Program-made: the position numbers and the translations under genes
Assembly (NCBI GenBank): GCA_963807165.1
Contig: CAWDZM010000001.1
Coordinates: 417,521-481,520, forward strand
DNA: 64,000 nt
Direction: 5' to 3'
DNA from: an uncultured bacterium
GTDB lineage: Bacteria; Patescibacteriota; Minisyncoccia; UBA6257; 2-01-FULL-56-20
Shown here: in pieces, positions 31,756-42,730 of the stretch
How the letters are laid out: each line of letters begins with the position of its first letter
Numbering within the stretch: position 1 is the first letter of the stretch
The notes under the pieces: generated by a model
The model's input: only the letters and a program-made list of their open reading frames with translations
Databases searched by the model: none
Told to the model about the DNA's origin: nothing

Positions 31756-32301
31756 ATGAAAGTGTATATGGTATTCCCAAGCATCGATGAGGTAACCGAC
31801 TTCAACTGGCTTCTCCTAAGGATTCAGGAGAGCATCATCCGATTCTTGCCCGTCCCAGAGGATATCCCCTGGAAACTAGCGATAACATTCAGCAATCTAG
31901 ACCGACAAGGCCAGGGAACACTGAAGATCTCCGTGACGGAAGGAAGCAAGCTGAAGGCAAAGACCATGAACGACGTCCCCTTTTCTATTATTGGCGGATG
32001 CTCGATGCATCAGTTCTCGGCGCTACTCAGCAGTGAGCTGGCAAAGTTTGTCTTTTCCTTGGCTCAAGGGAAGGTAAAATGGCATCCCAATAGTCCATTC
32101 CCGGATATTACCTTCTGGAATGCATGTGCGATAGAGGAATCTTATCGAATCTCTCTCGCCGGGTTTCGGGAGAGCGTTGGCGATCATTCCACAACCGGAC
32201 CTGAGAGAAAAGAGGAATGCCCGGACTGCGGTCATCCGCTGGAGCAGGTAGGAAGCACATTCGCCTGCCCACAATGCACTACCCAATGGTTTCAGGGCTG
32301 A
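31756..32301 (+). CDS. Hypothetical protein with C-terminal Zn ribbon
   Basis: GGAGG RBS; CPDCG...CPQC. Confidence 0.75.
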   Translation: MKVYMVFPSIDEVTDFNWLLLRIQESIIRFLPVPEDIPWKLAITFSNLDRQGQGTLKISVTEGSKLKAKTMNDVPFSIIGGCSMHQFSALLSSELAKFVFSLAQGKVKWHPNSPFPDITFWNACAIEESYRISLAGFRESVGDHSTTGPERKEECPDCGHPLEQVGSTFACPQCTTQWFQG

Positions 32302-32510
32302 TAACCATTTCGAGGCAGTAATCTCACTACGAGATTGCTGCCTGTTTTTTATCTCCTTTCCCAAATCCAGATATGAGTCGAACCCTGAAACCACGTTTTG
32401 CAAGAAAAACAATAGCTCAAAGAGGAGTTTTGATTCGGCGAACATCAAGAGTATGTAAGGTGCTATAATCCTTAAAAGGTCGCTGCTCACATTACTCTCA
32501 TTATAAAAAC

Positions 32511-32666
32511 ATGGTAAAAGGAAACTTTATTGGTGCGGCGATCGTTGCGATAATCTACACGATCTATATTTTGGTGAAGCCGCTTCCGTCGCGCCCGCAA
32601 GAAGCATTGGTGCTGGTGGTCCTGAACGCTTTGACGATCATATTGTTGTCTTTCGCATTCAAATAG
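32511..32666 (+). CDS. 51-aa two-TM small protein
   Basis: MVKGNFIGAAIVAIIYTIYILVKPLPSRPQEALVLVVLNALTIILLSFAFK; TGCTATAAT at 32461. Confidence 0.55.
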   Translation: MVKGNFIGAAIVAIIYTIYILVKPLPSRPQEALVLVVLNALTIILLSFAFK

Positions 32667-32944
32667 AGAAAGGGCAGAACAAGTATTTGCCACCGGATAT
32701 TAGCGGGTATCCCCTAATCCAAAGACCCCAATCCCACAAAGAGAATCTTTCCGTGGCAAACTTTTTGATGCTCATCAAGCGCATCAAAAGTCTGTTTATT
32801 CTCCTCCGAATTCTTTAATCGCCAGAGTATCGTTTGAAAGTCCCGCCATCGCGTCGGATTTTTTTGGTCCGTGAACGATGCGGAAATTCTTTTCGCACAT
32901 TTCGCAATGCAATCCTATGAATCGTGCCATGTGATGATTATACC

Positions 32945-33942
32945 TTAAAGCTCCATCCTCCATGCGGCATAAGTGCCACCGTCGGTGCCTTGCTGCGCCG
33001 CCGCATACTTTTCGGCAATGACTTTAGTGATCGGGCCGGGCACCGCCGGCGCGCCCGCGCCCCCGCCCGCAACACGCGCCCCGCAACACTCGCAGCGCCA
33101 CCACCCACCGGCCGCTTATCCACCGACACGATCGGCGTGATGCGCGCGGAACTGCCGGAGATGAACGCCTCGTCGGCGATGTAGAGCTCCGTGCGATCCA
33201 CGGTGCGCTCTTCCACCGGAATCCCCGCATCGCGGGCGATCGCGATAACACTCGCGCGCGTGATGCCTTCCAAAATATCCACGCTCACGCCGGGCGTGAT
33301 GAGCACGCCGTTACGCACGATAAAAATATTAGCGACGGTCGCTTCTGTCACCCGCCCGCGTACGTCGAGCACGATCGCATCATCGTAGCCATTCAGGATC
33401 GCCTCGTTCTTGATGAGCGAATTATTCACATACCCGCCGTTCACTTTCGCCCGCGAAGGGATCACGTTATCAAAATTATGCGTCCAACTGGAGACGCACA
33501 CATTCACACCCGCGCGCGGAAGGATCTGTCCCATCGGATAGATATATGCGGATAGCGAGTGCGGAAGATCATGGATCTTCGTCCCCGCAATGAGCGCGTC
33601 AACGAACACCGTCACGCGCACAAGTACGTCCTCATTGCCGATGGCAGTAGCATTCCGGGCAAGCAATTCTTTCATCGTCGCCTCGAACTTTTCGTACGGC
33701 CACGCCACGGCAAACTTATTGAAGTCCATGATTGCGGCGGAATTCACCAATCGCCGGTAATGATCTTTTAATCGAAACGCATAATGTTTTTTATCCGTCT
33801 CGTTCCAGTTAACACTGAACACCGTATATACCGAGAGGCCGTAGAGCACCGGCGAGCTTGCGATACTCACGTTGGCCGCCGTAAACGGTACGAACGCATC
33901 GCGGAGAAATGATTGACCAGTGGTGTAATCGAAGGAGGGCAT
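32945..33942 (-). CDS. Class IV (branched-chain-type) aminotransferase; apparent frameshift near 33070
   Basis: RAKVNGGY, EATVANIF, ILEGITR, ADEAF; the true C-terminus PGPITKVIAEKY...W is in another frame. Confidence 0.92.
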
Positions 33943-33982
33943 TGCAGTGATTTTATTATACACCTACCCCCTATTTTGTCTG

Positions 33983-34067
33983 TGCCCAGGGCCGGACTCG
34001 AACCGGCAAGGCCTTGCGGCCACGACATTTTAAGTGTCGCGCGTCTAACCAATTTCGCCACCCGGGC
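33983..34067 (-). tRNA. tRNA-Leu(TAA)
   Basis: Cloverleaf, long variable arm, loop CT-TAA-AA. Confidence 0.96.
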
Positions 34068-34092
34068 ATTTTTTATCTTTCCCTCATGAATG

Positions 34093-34165
34093 AGGCCACG
34101 GCGGGATTTGCACCCACGAATCGCGGTTTTGCAGACCGCTGTGTTAGCTACTTCACCACGTGGCC
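34093..34165 (-). tRNA. tRNA-Cys(GCA)
   Basis: Loop CT-GCA-AA, U73 discriminator; T-loop TGCAAAT. Confidence 0.93.
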
Positions 34166-34171
34166 ATGGCC

Positions 34172-34537
34172 TTATTCTTCCGACCCATCTCCGTCCTCCT
34201 CCCGAGCCTTAATAGTATCCTGCCCTAGTAATTTTTCAACCAGCGCGGCATTCTCGAACCCGTGATCGAGGTCGAAGAAGATCCGCGGCATCGGTTTGAT
34301 ATTTATTTTCCGAAGCATCAGATATTGGAAATGTCCCGCATGAGCGGCCAATATTGCGAGCACATTCTCGCCTTCCTTCGCCGGGATCACACTCACCTTC
34401 ACCCGCGCGCCATCCAGCTTTTTATCAACCTCCACTTCAGTGATGGTCGCAAGCGCGGGAAGTTCCACTTCGCGAAGGATCATCTTCGAAAGCTCCTCGC
34501 GTATCAATTTTCCCACCCGCTCGGAACGAAAGTTCAT
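34172..34537 (-). CDS. rbfA: Ribosome-binding factor A
   Basis: RSERVGKLIREELS, TITEVEV, PRIFFDLD; downstream of infB. Confidence 0.92.
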   Translation of the reverse strand: MNFRSERVGKLIREELSKMILREVELPALATITEVEVDKKLDGARVKVSVIPAKEGENVLAILAAHAGHFQYLMLRKINIKPMPRIFFDLDHGFENAALVEKLLGQDTIKAREEDGDGSEE

Positions 34538-34568
34538 ATGATGATACGCCGCACCCGCGGCGCGTGAA

Positions 34569-36077
34569 TTATTTTCTGATCAATAATTTATCCCCCACCT
34601 GAATGACCGTTTGCGAATCGAGCAACACGCCGATCTCCTTTCCTTTTTCCGCCTGGAATATTTCGCTCTTGTTTTCGCGCAGGCCTAACACTTTTCCATT
34701 GCCTACCGGCGTCGAGCCGACGTGGCCGCGCACGATATCAAACGACATCTTTCCGCGGAATGTGCCGTTGATCACCCGGCCGCCCACCAATTGCTTCTGC
34801 GGCTTCTCCTGATTGAAGAGTGCGAGCACTTCGAGCTCACCCGCCGCGAGCGGTCCGCGCGCGCCGCTAAAGTATTCTTCCACCGCGGCAGAAAGATCGT
34901 ACACAATCTCCGACGTGATGACCGTCACCATCTGTGCGTCCGCCAACACCTTCGCGCCTTTTTCGATACGGTTTTTAAAACCGATGATCGTTGCCTTTGT
35001 CGCGATCGCGTGGCGAATATCGCCGTCCGTAATATCACCCACACCCTCCTCTACTATATTGATTTCCTTGCCGCCCTTCTGATCGATGCCGCGCAAGACG
35101 ACCGAGAGCGCCTCGAGCGATCCAGCATCGCCGGCCTTCAAGATCAAGTTGAGCGTGTTCGGCTTGGACTTCGCTATCTGATTAACCGCCATCACCGCGC
35201 CCGCTCCGGCCGTCGCTCCGCCTGCGCCCGACGTCCTTCCCGCCGCTCCCTCCGTCAATTCTCCCACCGCAAACTCCTCGCCCACCTTCGGGATCTTTTC
35301 AAAACCGATGATGACCGCGGGCGCGGATGGCTCAAGCGATGATACCGTTTTTCCTAAAAAACTTTCCAGAATCTTTACCTTGCCGGATGCGGTGCGCGTC
35401 TTGATCGCATCGCCGCGGCGCAACGTCCCGTTCCGTACGATCACCGCCGCCTCAATGCCGCGCTTTGGATCGCGCTTTGCCTCGAGCACAAAACCGGACG
35501 CTGGCACGGAAGGATCATACGTTAAGTCTTCCAGATCAGCGGAAAGGACGATCAGATCCAAAAGCTCCGGGATTCCCTCGCCCGTCTTTGCGGAGACCGC
35601 GCAGTAGCTTACCTGCCCGCCATAGCCTTCGAGCAACACACCCGCAGTCATCAGATCGTTGCGCGCCTTGTCTAAATTGCCGCCGGTCTTATCAACCTTG
35701 TTGATCGCGACGATGAACGGCGTCTTCGCCTCTTCTATGATCTTGATCGCTTCTTTTGTCTGTGGCTTCACGCCCTCGTCTGCAGCAATTACCAAAATCG
35801 CAAGATCAGCAACCTGCGCGCCGCGCGAACGCATAGCAGTGAACGCCTCGTGCCCGGGCGTATCAATGAAAGTAATTTTCCGATCGGCGTGTACTATTTC
35901 GTACGCAGCCGTTGCCTGCGTTATCCCTCCCGCTTCGCGCGCGGCGATATTCGCCTTGCGGATATAGTCGAGCAATGTCGTCTTGCCATGATCAACATGC
36001 CCCATCACGACGACGATCGGAGGTCGCTGTTGGAGGCCGGTCTTGATGGTAATATTTTTGAGTGTTTCTTTTGGCAT
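34569..36077 (-). CDS. infB: Translation initiation factor IF-2 (short form)
   Basis: [31 protein letters not shown]. Confidence 0.97.
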   Translation of the reverse strand: MPKETLKNITIKTGLQQRPPIVVVMGHVDHGKTTLLDYIRKANIAAREAGGITQATAAYEIVHADRKITFIDTPGHEAFTAMRSRGAQVADLAILVIAADEGVKPQTKEAIKIIEEAKTPFIVAINKVDKTGGNLDKARNDLMTAGVLLEGYGGQVSYCAVSAKTGEGIPELLDLIVLSADLEDLTYDPSVPASGFVLEAKRDPKRGIEAAVIVRNGTLRRGDAIKTRTASGKVKILESFLGKTVSSLEPSAPAVIIGFEKIPKVGEEFAVGELTEGAAGRTSGAGGATAGAGAVMAVNQIAKSKPNTLNLILKAGDAGSLEALSVVLRGIDQKGGKEINIVEEGVGDITDGDIRHAIATKATIIGFKNRIEKGAKVLADAQMVTVITSEIVYDLSAAVEEYFSGARGPLAAGELEVLALFNQEKPQKQLVGGRVINGTFRGKMSFDIVRGHVGSTPVGNGKVLGLRENKSEIFQAEKGKEIGVLLDSQTVIQVGDKLLIRK

Positions 36078-36193
36078 AAATAGATGGAGATAAAATGGAA
36101 ATATTAAAATTAGATTAACTTCCAAACTCCCACACATTATAGCAAAAAATCGGCTTTAATACAAGGAGCGCGATAAGAATACGATCCAATATC

Positions 36194-36370
36194 ATGCCCA
36201 GAAAATATAGCCCAAAAGCCCAGGAAAAAGTAGAAAAAGTGATGCACGAATTCAAGCGCGGCACGCTTAAGAGCGGCCGGAGCGGGAAGAAAGTGACGAA
36301 CCCCAAGCAGGCGGTCGCCATCGGTCTTTCCGAGGCGCGAAAGCGCGGGGCAAAGGTGCCAAGAAAATAG
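36194..36370 (+). CDS. 58-aa basic protein (DUF6496-like)
   Basis: MPRKYSPKAQEKVEKVMHEFKRGTLKSGRSGKKVTNPKQAVAIGLSEARKRGAKVPRK; below the ORF-track cutoff. Confidence 0.85.
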   Translation: MPRKYSPKAQEKVEKVMHEFKRGTLKSGRSGKKVTNPKQAVAIGLSEARKRGAKVPRK

Positions 36371-36442
36371 CGCCGAGCCATTCATCCTCGGTTGATAAAT
36401 AAGGCCCGCTTTGATATGCTTCTAATGATTTTAGGAACAAGT

Positions 36443-36529
36443 GGAGGCGTGCTTGAGTGGCTGAAAAGAGCATCCTGCTAAGATGTTAACCGGGAAACCG
36501 GTTCGAAGGTTCGAATCCTTCCGCCTCCG
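36443..36529 (+). tRNA. tRNA-Ser(GCT)
   Basis: Long variable arm, loop CT-GCT-AA, G73. Confidence 0.95.
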
Positions 36530-36586
36530 CACATTCGTTCGTTTGATTCACAGTAAATTCATTATGACGATCCTATTATGGATAGG

Positions 36587-36745
36587 ATGAATAAAAAGAC
36601 CACCGTCATAATGTTCATAGCAACTTTTTCCGTCGCGGGGCTGGGCGCTTTGACGATGGGTTTTGCGGCATACGCCCTTTTATTACATCATGAGGATTAT
36701 GAAAATTGCATGAAGTCCCTTAAAAGAGACCCTCTCAACGCGTAG
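36587..36745 (+). CDS. 52-aa single-TM small protein
   Basis: MNKKTTVIMFIATFSVAGLGALTMGFAAYALLLHHEDYENCMKSLKRDPLNA; fills the intergenic gap. Confidence 0.45.
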   Translation: MNKKTTVIMFIATFSVAGLGALTMGFAAYALLLHHEDYENCMKSLKRDPLNA

Positions 36746-36746
36746 C

Positions 36747-37331
36747 CTACAGTAACGCACTCAAAACTTCTTCGGTTTTTCGTACCACCCCGATGCGCGG
36801 AAATGTTTTGGTGACGGTAAACGTATGTTCTTCAGCCGACATGGCAGCCATCGCATCCTCTGCGAAGATCTGATGGTAGCCGTATTCGTACGCAAAACGT
36901 GCAGTGCTTTCCACGCCGATATTGGTCGCGATACCACAGAGCACCATCGTCGTGATACCACGCCGGCGGAACTCCAAATCGAGCTCCGTACCGTAGAACG
37001 CACCCCATTGGTGTTTAGTGATCACAAAATCGCCGGGCTTCGGCCCCATCTCCGGAACGATCTCCGCCCAATCCGCCCCGGGGGTTTGCGTCCATGGCGG
37101 CGTGTCGGTGATCGGACGCAACGCATCCTTCCCGTCCGGCGACGGCGTCACCCGCACCAGAAACACCGGCATGCCATCTTTTCGAAATGCGTCCGCGAGC
37201 GCCGCCGCATTTTTAATGACCATCCCAGCATCATGCGGCGCGACTTCCCTGCCTGCGATCCCTTTTTGGAGATCAATGACTACGAGCGCGGTTTTTGTTT
37301 TATCAATAGAGAGGTTATTCATATATGTCAT
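36747..37331 (-). CDS. Isochorismatase-family cysteine hydrolase
   Basis: TALVVIDLQKG, KHQWGAFYGT, GIATNIGVESTAR. Confidence 0.93.
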   Translation of the reverse strand: MTYMNNLSIDKTKTALVVIDLQKGIAGREVAPHDAGMVIKNAAALADAFRKDGMPVFLVRVTPSPDGKDALRPITDTPPWTQTPGADWAEIVPEMGPKPGDFVITKHQWGAFYGTELDLEFRRRGITTMVLCGIATNIGVESTARFAYEYGYHQIFAEDAMAAMSAEEHTFTVTKTFPRIGVVRKTEEVLSALL

Positions 37332-37356
37332 ACTACCACGCCCACTAGGTTTTTTA

Positions 37357-38415
37357 TCATTGCGCGAACGGCGTTGCTCCGTGCCAGTCGGCGGTAAATG
37401 TTTTCATGAGTGATTCAATAATGCGTTGATCGGAGATCATAATCCCTAGCTCGCGATTATTATTGAGCGACCCTGCGGAAAAATTCTCCGACCCCAGGAA
37501 CGCGCGAGCTCCTGCGGTTTCACCATCAATAATAATCATCTTGGCGTGGATATAGAGCGGCGCATCATCTGCATCCGGATACGTGCGCACGTGAGCACCC
37601 GCAGTCGTAAGCTCTTCAAATTCCCACTTCCATTCGCTCGCGCCAGTCATATCCACATACACCCCAACACCGCGGCGGGCGGCATCGATGAGGGTTTTCG
37701 TTATAGCAGTATCAGCCATCTCCTCGTTGTATATATAGAGCGATTTTTTCGCACTATCAATCAACGCGATGAGCGGCGCTTCGGAACCGGGGCTCCAAAG
37801 TAAATCATCGCTGGCATCACCATTATTGCCACCGCGCGAAGCTCCTTCAGCAGAATCGTTCTCCCAATCATCGCCAAACGTGCGCTCCACCGCGGCGATG
37901 TCGCGCGCATCCTGATCAACGATCCCAAAATCGCGCCCCGTCATATAATATTTCGAGACCAGATTAAACGTCATAATAAGCGCGCGATTGCTGTCTACGA
38001 CAAGCGTTTTTTGGTGCGTCAGAGAAAAATATGCCGGCGACCATCGCACCGGCACGCCATGCGAAACCAAAAAATTATATGCCGCGCCATTCATGGTTGA
38101 GGATGCGCCGTTATATCCCGAACTTAAGATAACGCGCACCGCCACCCCCCGCTGTTCATCTGCCGCAAGTGCGGATTCGATCTGCGCATCGTCGAGCTCG
38201 TATATCACAAGATCAACTGACGTTGACGCTCCGCGGATCGTCGCCAGCACCGGCGCGATGCCATCATTCGGCTCGGTGATGAGCGCAAGCGAATCACTCG
38301 ATGAACCGTTCAATAAAATGTTCTTTTTGCGAAGAAGTGAAATCCGCTGAGTATTGATGATAAAAAAGATTAGCGCGGCAATAAAAATAATGATCCAAAA
38401 ATATTTTTTCTTCAT
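37357..38415 (-). CDS. Phospholipase D-superfamily protein
   Basis: Two HKD motifs (HQKTLVVD, HAKMIIID), GSEN; N-terminal TM. Confidence 0.92.
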   Translation of the reverse strand: MKKKYFWIIIFIAALIFFIINTQRISLLRKKNILLNGSSSDSLALITEPNDGIAPVLATIRGASTSVDLVIYELDDAQIESALAADEQRGVAVRVILSSGYNGASSTMNGAAYNFLVSHGVPVRWSPAYFSLTHQKTLVVDSNRALIMTFNLVSKYYMTGRDFGIVDQDARDIAAVERTFGDDWENDSAEGASRGGNNGDASDDLLWSPGSEAPLIALIDSAKKSLYIYNEEMADTAITKTLIDAARRGVGVYVDMTGASEWKWEFEELTTAGAHVRTYPDADDAPLYIHAKMIIIDGETAGARAFLGSENFSAGSLNNNRELGIMISDQRIIESLMKTFTADWHGATPFAQ

Positions 38416-38947
38416 CCATCAACCATATCATTCGCGCATTAAAAAAATATTAACTGCGCTGGAATACACCTTCCACCATGCAAACATTGACTAATCCCAA
38501 TTTTATTGTTAATATATAGATAGGTATGATTTTGTAAGACAGGAGAAAGTGATGATAAAACGAGTGGTGCTTGTTTCTTTCTGGATCATCTTGCTGGCGG
38601 CGCTAACAACGCCCCAATGGACAAAGATGGTAAACCATCATGTCCCAAACGAGCGGTTAGCGCCCGTAGGATGGGTGATCGATACGTTTCCCAGCGTCCA
38701 TGGCGCAACAACGTTTTACCTTTCAGCAGATGGCCCGGAGTACAAACCCGTCGCCTTCCATGGAGGGATAGGAGGAATAAGCCTCCCGCAAGTGCAAGAT
38801 TATGTCATCAACAATCCGCCAGCCACGAGAGACCGTTCAGGTTCAGGTGCACGAAAGTGCATTTTTTTGTTGCCATGCATGATGAAAGTATCAAACTAAC
38901 CAGTTAGTTGGTGGTATATATTGCATGTTATACTCAAAAAACAAGGC

Positions 38948-39187
38948 ATGAAAAAGCATCTCATCGAGATTGTCGGTTGGTATGGAACTGCGGCTATTCT
39001 CCTCGCTTACGCTCTGGTGAGTTTTTCAGTCATCAGCCCAATCAACCTTTGGTATCAACTGCTCAACGCAACGGGAGCGATTGGCATCGTCGTGGTTTCA
39101 TTTGCCAAAAAAGCGTACCCGCCTGGCGTACTGAATATCGTTTGGACCATTATCGCTCTGATTGCGATCGCAAGGATGGCCTTCTGA
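38948..39187 (+). CDS. Small 3-TM membrane protein (CBU_0592-like), inside the IS
   Basis: EIVGWYG..AYAL, YQLLN..GA.G, LNIVW. Confidence 0.8.
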   Translation: MKKHLIEIVGWYGTAAILLAYALVSFSVISPINLWYQLLNATGAIGIVVVSFAKKAYPPGVLNIVWTIIALIAIARMAF

Positions 39188-39201
39188 CATTTTTCGCAGT
39201 C

Positions 39202-40322
39202 ATGCGAAAATGGAATGATGATACACAAAAAAACGTCGTAATCCCGATTGCAAAATCTGTGGCAGCTATCGGACAGTGAAGCGTGGGTCGAGAAACGGTT
39301 TGAAAAGGTTTTTTTGCACGAAAGGTCGCCACTCTTTTTCGGTTGACCACCGGAAGAAACCAGGGCCATTGTGGATTGCCTATGTCGATGGCACGCCTTT
39401 GCGGAAGCTCGGCGACCAACTTGGAAAGTCAGCGGCGCAGGTGCATGCGCAAATCAAGCAGGAGATGAACGCACTGCCTGACAATACGAGATTGAGCTTG
39501 GACTACGGTCTCCGGTGGTCCGGCCGGCTCTGTATTGATGGCAAGTACGTGAAGGTGAAGGGCTATCCCAAGAAAATACCCTTCATCTATGGCATCGATT
39601 ACCTGACCCACGACATTCCCGTCGGCATCCTTACGTTTGCCGAAGATGAAAATTCATTTTTGAAACTGTTCCGATTGTTGAAGACGTGCAAGTATCCCTT
39701 GGCCGTCGCCATCTGCGATGAGGTGGCAGGGATACGCAATCCATTGAAGCAGTATTTTCCCAAAGCAAAAGTGCAGATATGCCAGAACCATTACCTTGAA
39801 AACCTGCGTCAGCGGTTGAAGGTGCGGACGGACAACACCTATGCGAGATTTTTCTCACGGGTCTACCAAGCGTTTTCTCCCGACGTGTATCACGTGAAGC
39901 GCGATCTCATGCTTCAGCATATCTACATGGACTACCGGCACGACCCGATGCTCCGGCAGATACTTCTTGAAATCAATATACGGATGCCGGAGCTGTTCGC
40001 ATTTTCATACAAGCAGAACAACTGTCCGAACACCAACAACCTCATTGAGTCATTCAATTCGCACATGCAGGGACGCTTGAAAAGCATCAAGGGCTTCGAG
40101 AAATTCACATCAGCGCAGCGGTGGCTCAATGCGTGGATGATACGGCGACGAACCAAGCCATTCACCGATTGCGAAGAGCCATTCAAACATCTGAATGGCA
40201 AATGCTCACTCGAAGTCGTCTTGAAACCGACTGTCGATTTTCCGAAAATCCTCGGCGTCAAACCACCGAAATTCGGGAGCAAAAAATCGGCGAAATCGCC
40301 GGAGAAAAACACCCGAAACTGA
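39202..40322 (+). CDS. DDE transposase (IS256/Mutator-like, N-terminal Zn-binding), frameshifted at A7C 39227-39234
   Basis: CKICGS..KRG..FFC, IDGKY, AICD, QICQNH, TNNLIESFN. Confidence 0.85.
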
Positions 40323-40581
40323 ACGGACACAGCCACGATGCCAACGAAAGGCATGCGGGTCAAGCTGGATCTTGATTGTGATCGATACGAACCATTCTCC
40401 GTCGGTACTCCGAACGCTGGATGCCGACTGATCGGATGGAGCGAAGACAGCAGTTCGCCGCCCACTATCCCCAATTAGGCCAGCCCTAAAAACTGTCCGA
40501 CCCAAGAGGCCCCGCCCGCGCGAGGCCCCTTTTTTTATAAATTGTAGCAAATCAATAATTCCATTATGCTAATGAACGACT

Positions 40582-41625
40582 ATGGCAACCCCAAACGATA
40601 AGAACTTTTGGCTCGAACTCCCCCGCCCGATCATGGCGATGGCGCCGATGGCGAACGTCACCGACGAGGCTTTTCGCCGCATGTTCGCAGAATGCGGCAA
40701 GCCGGACGTCTTTTGGACGGAATTCGTTTCGGTGGAGGGCCTACTTTCACGCGGGCGGGAAAAACTTCTGACCGATCTGTGGTTTAGCCCGGGCGAGCAC
40801 CCAATCGTAGCACAGATCTTTGGCGGCAAGCCGGAGCAGTTCGAGGAAGTGGCGCCGCTCATAAAAGAGCTCGGTTTTGACGGCGTCGATATCAACATGG
40901 GCTGTCCCGACCGTGGCGTGGAAAAGTCCGGCGCGGGCGCGGGACTGATCAAAACCCCGGCAATTGCAAAAGAAATCATCCGCGCGCTCAGGCGCGGCCT
41001 GAATAACGGAGCCGATGACACGGGCGGCTTACCAGTTTCCGTAAAGACCCGGCTCGGCTACCGGAGTACTGACGAGATGGATGAGTGGCTCCCCGCGCTA
41101 TTAGAAGAAGATCTCGCGACACTTACCGTCCACCTCCGCACCCGTGCCGAGATGTCCGACGTGCCGGCGCACTGGGAGCTGGCACATAAAATAGTAGCCA
41201 TGCGCGATAGGATCGCCCCAAAAACCATCCTTCTTGGCAACGGCGACGTCCGCTCACTCGAAGATGGGCGAGCAAAGGCAAAAGAATCTGGCATGGACGG
41301 GGTAATGGTGGGCGCCGGCGTCTTTGGAAACCCGTGGTTCTTCTCTGGGCGAGTGCCAGAGCTCAAAGAGCGACTTGAACGCCTGGTAACCCATACCGAA
41401 CTCTTTGAAAAGCTCTATCGGAGCGATAACCCCAAAACCATCGGTCATGGCGGCCGGTTAAAGAACTTTGACGTAATGAAGAAGCATTATAAATCGTATA
41501 CTACAAACCTTAGTGATGGCCATGGCGGTCTAGATGGCTCAAAAGAGCTCCGCATCCGGCTGATGGAGGCAGAAAATGCGGCCGAGGTACGCAAAATAGT
41601 CCAGGATTTCCTTATAAAATTATAA
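40582..41625 (+). CDS. tRNA-dihydrouridine synthase family protein
   Basis: APMANVTD, DINMGCP, VSVKTR, GNGDV, DGVMVG. Confidence 0.95.
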   Translation: MATPNDKNFWLELPRPIMAMAPMANVTDEAFRRMFAECGKPDVFWTEFVSVEGLLSRGREKLLTDLWFSPGEHPIVAQIFGGKPEQFEEVAPLIKELGFDGVDINMGCPDRGVEKSGAGAGLIKTPAIAKEIIRALRRGLNNGADDTGGLPVSVKTRLGYRSTDEMDEWLPALLEEDLATLTVHLRTRAEMSDVPAHWELAHKIVAMRDRIAPKTILLGNGDVRSLEDGRAKAKESGMDGVMVGAGVFGNPWFFSGRVPELKERLERLVTHTELFEKLYRSDNPKTIGHGGRLKNFDVMKKHYKSYTTNLSDGHGGLDGSKELRIRLMEAENAAEVRKIVQDFLIKL

Positions 41626-41711
41626 AAACGGCCATTGGCCGACCCCAGTCACCGCCGGTCGCCAAAGGTTGACTTTTTGGGCAGGGTCTGCTAAGATTAC
41701 TCCACAAGTAA

Positions 41712-42227
41712 ATGAGTACTAATATATACCCCGTGAGGGGCTTTTTTATTGGGAAAGCGGGCCAAATCCTTAAGGTTTTGGTGGTCATAGGCCTTTTGGC
41801 CTATCCGGCTACCATTCAGGCCGATACGATAGCCCCGAACGCGCAAGCCACTGGGCTTGTAACGACGGCTACCATCCCGGCAATTGCAACCACGCCCGAA
41901 ACGCTCTCATTAACGCCCGCCAACACCCAAACCGTCTGGGTAACGGCCTATACGAGCGACCCGGACGAGACGTCCGACCACCCCCTGATCACCGCTTCTG
42001 GTGGCATGGTTTATGATGGCGAGGTGGCAGACAACTTACTCCCCTTCGGAACCAAGATCCAGATCCCTTCGCTCTTTGGGAATAAGATCTTTACCGTGGA
42101 AGACCGTACCAATGCAAAGTTCAGCGGTCGCCTCGACATCTGGATGCCTACCCTTAGCAAAGCGATAAACTTCGGCATCCAGCACGTACAGATCGTCATT
42201 CTCGACTCCAATCTGGCGTTGAAGTAA
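41712..42227 (+). CDS. 3D-domain (cell-wall hydrolase-like) exported protein
   Basis: VTAYTS, ITASG, LPFGTKI, VEDR, RLDIW. Confidence 0.88.
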   Translation: MSTNIYPVRGFFIGKAGQILKVLVVIGLLAYPATIQADTIAPNAQATGLVTTATIPAIATTPETLSLTPANTQTVWVTAYTSDPDETSDHPLITASGGMVYDGEVADNLLPFGTKIQIPSLFGNKIFTVEDRTNAKFSGRLDIWMPTLSKAINFGIQHVQIVILDSNLALK

Positions 42228-42238
42228 AATATCCTTAT

Positions 42239-42646
42239 ATGAAGGATATCGCTAAGGGATTCAAGCAGTTCATTTTGCGTGGGAGCGTGGTGGATTTGGC
42301 GGTCGGCGTTATGGTCGGCGCCGCATTCAATAGCGTAGTCTCCTCTCTCGTTAAAGATCTTATGACTCCGTTTATCTCGGCAATCTTTAAGCAGCCAAAT
42401 TTTTCAAACTTCTCCTTCACCATCCACGGTAGCCAGTTCCTCTACGGCGATTTCATCAATAACCTCATCTCATTCCTTATCACTGCGGCGACGATCTATT
42501 TTATCATCGTGATTCCTATCAACAAGCTGAGTGGCATGCGCAAAGGCCCGGCGCCGGAAGCGACGACGAAGATCTGCCCTGAATGCCTCAGCAATATTCC
42601 CGCCAAAGCCCACCGTTGTGCGTACTGCACAAGTGTGCAATCCTAA
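42239..42646 (+). CDS. mscL: Large-conductance mechanosensitive channel with C-terminal Zn ribbon
   Basis: FKQFILRGSVVDLAVGV, YGDFIN, CPECLS..RCAYC. Confidence 0.95.
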   Translation: MKDIAKGFKQFILRGSVVDLAVGVMVGAAFNSVVSSLVKDLMTPFISAIFKQPNFSNFSFTIHGSQFLYGDFINNLISFLITAATIYFIIVIPINKLSGMRKGPAPEATTKICPECLSNIPAKAHRCAYCTSVQS

Positions 42647-42730
42647 AATACCTACGGCGGCGATCAAAACGTACCTTTCGGGCACGCCATACGTTATAGG
42701 GGTGTTGTTTTGTGTTAAAATATAAGTCCC

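Larger units (their letters stand above)
38829..40330 (+). mobile_element. IS256-like insertion sequence (1502 bp) with passenger gene
   Basis: Imperfect terminal IRs GAGACCGTTCAGGTTCAGGTG / GTGTCCGTTCAGTTTCGGGTG; direct repeat AGCCACGA at 38821-38828 and 40331-40338. Confidence 0.85.
38549..40478 (+). pseudogene. Membrane-anchored hypothetical gene interrupted by an IS
   Basis: Removing the IS and one repeat copy joins ...NNPPAT to MPTKGMRVKLDLDC...IPN* in frame (stop 40476-40478). Confidence 0.75.

Noticed and set aside
31228-33991. Shared CCCTGGGCACA at the ends of the two Leu tRNAs as att sites
   Set aside because: Inverted orientation, and explained by isoacceptor homology.
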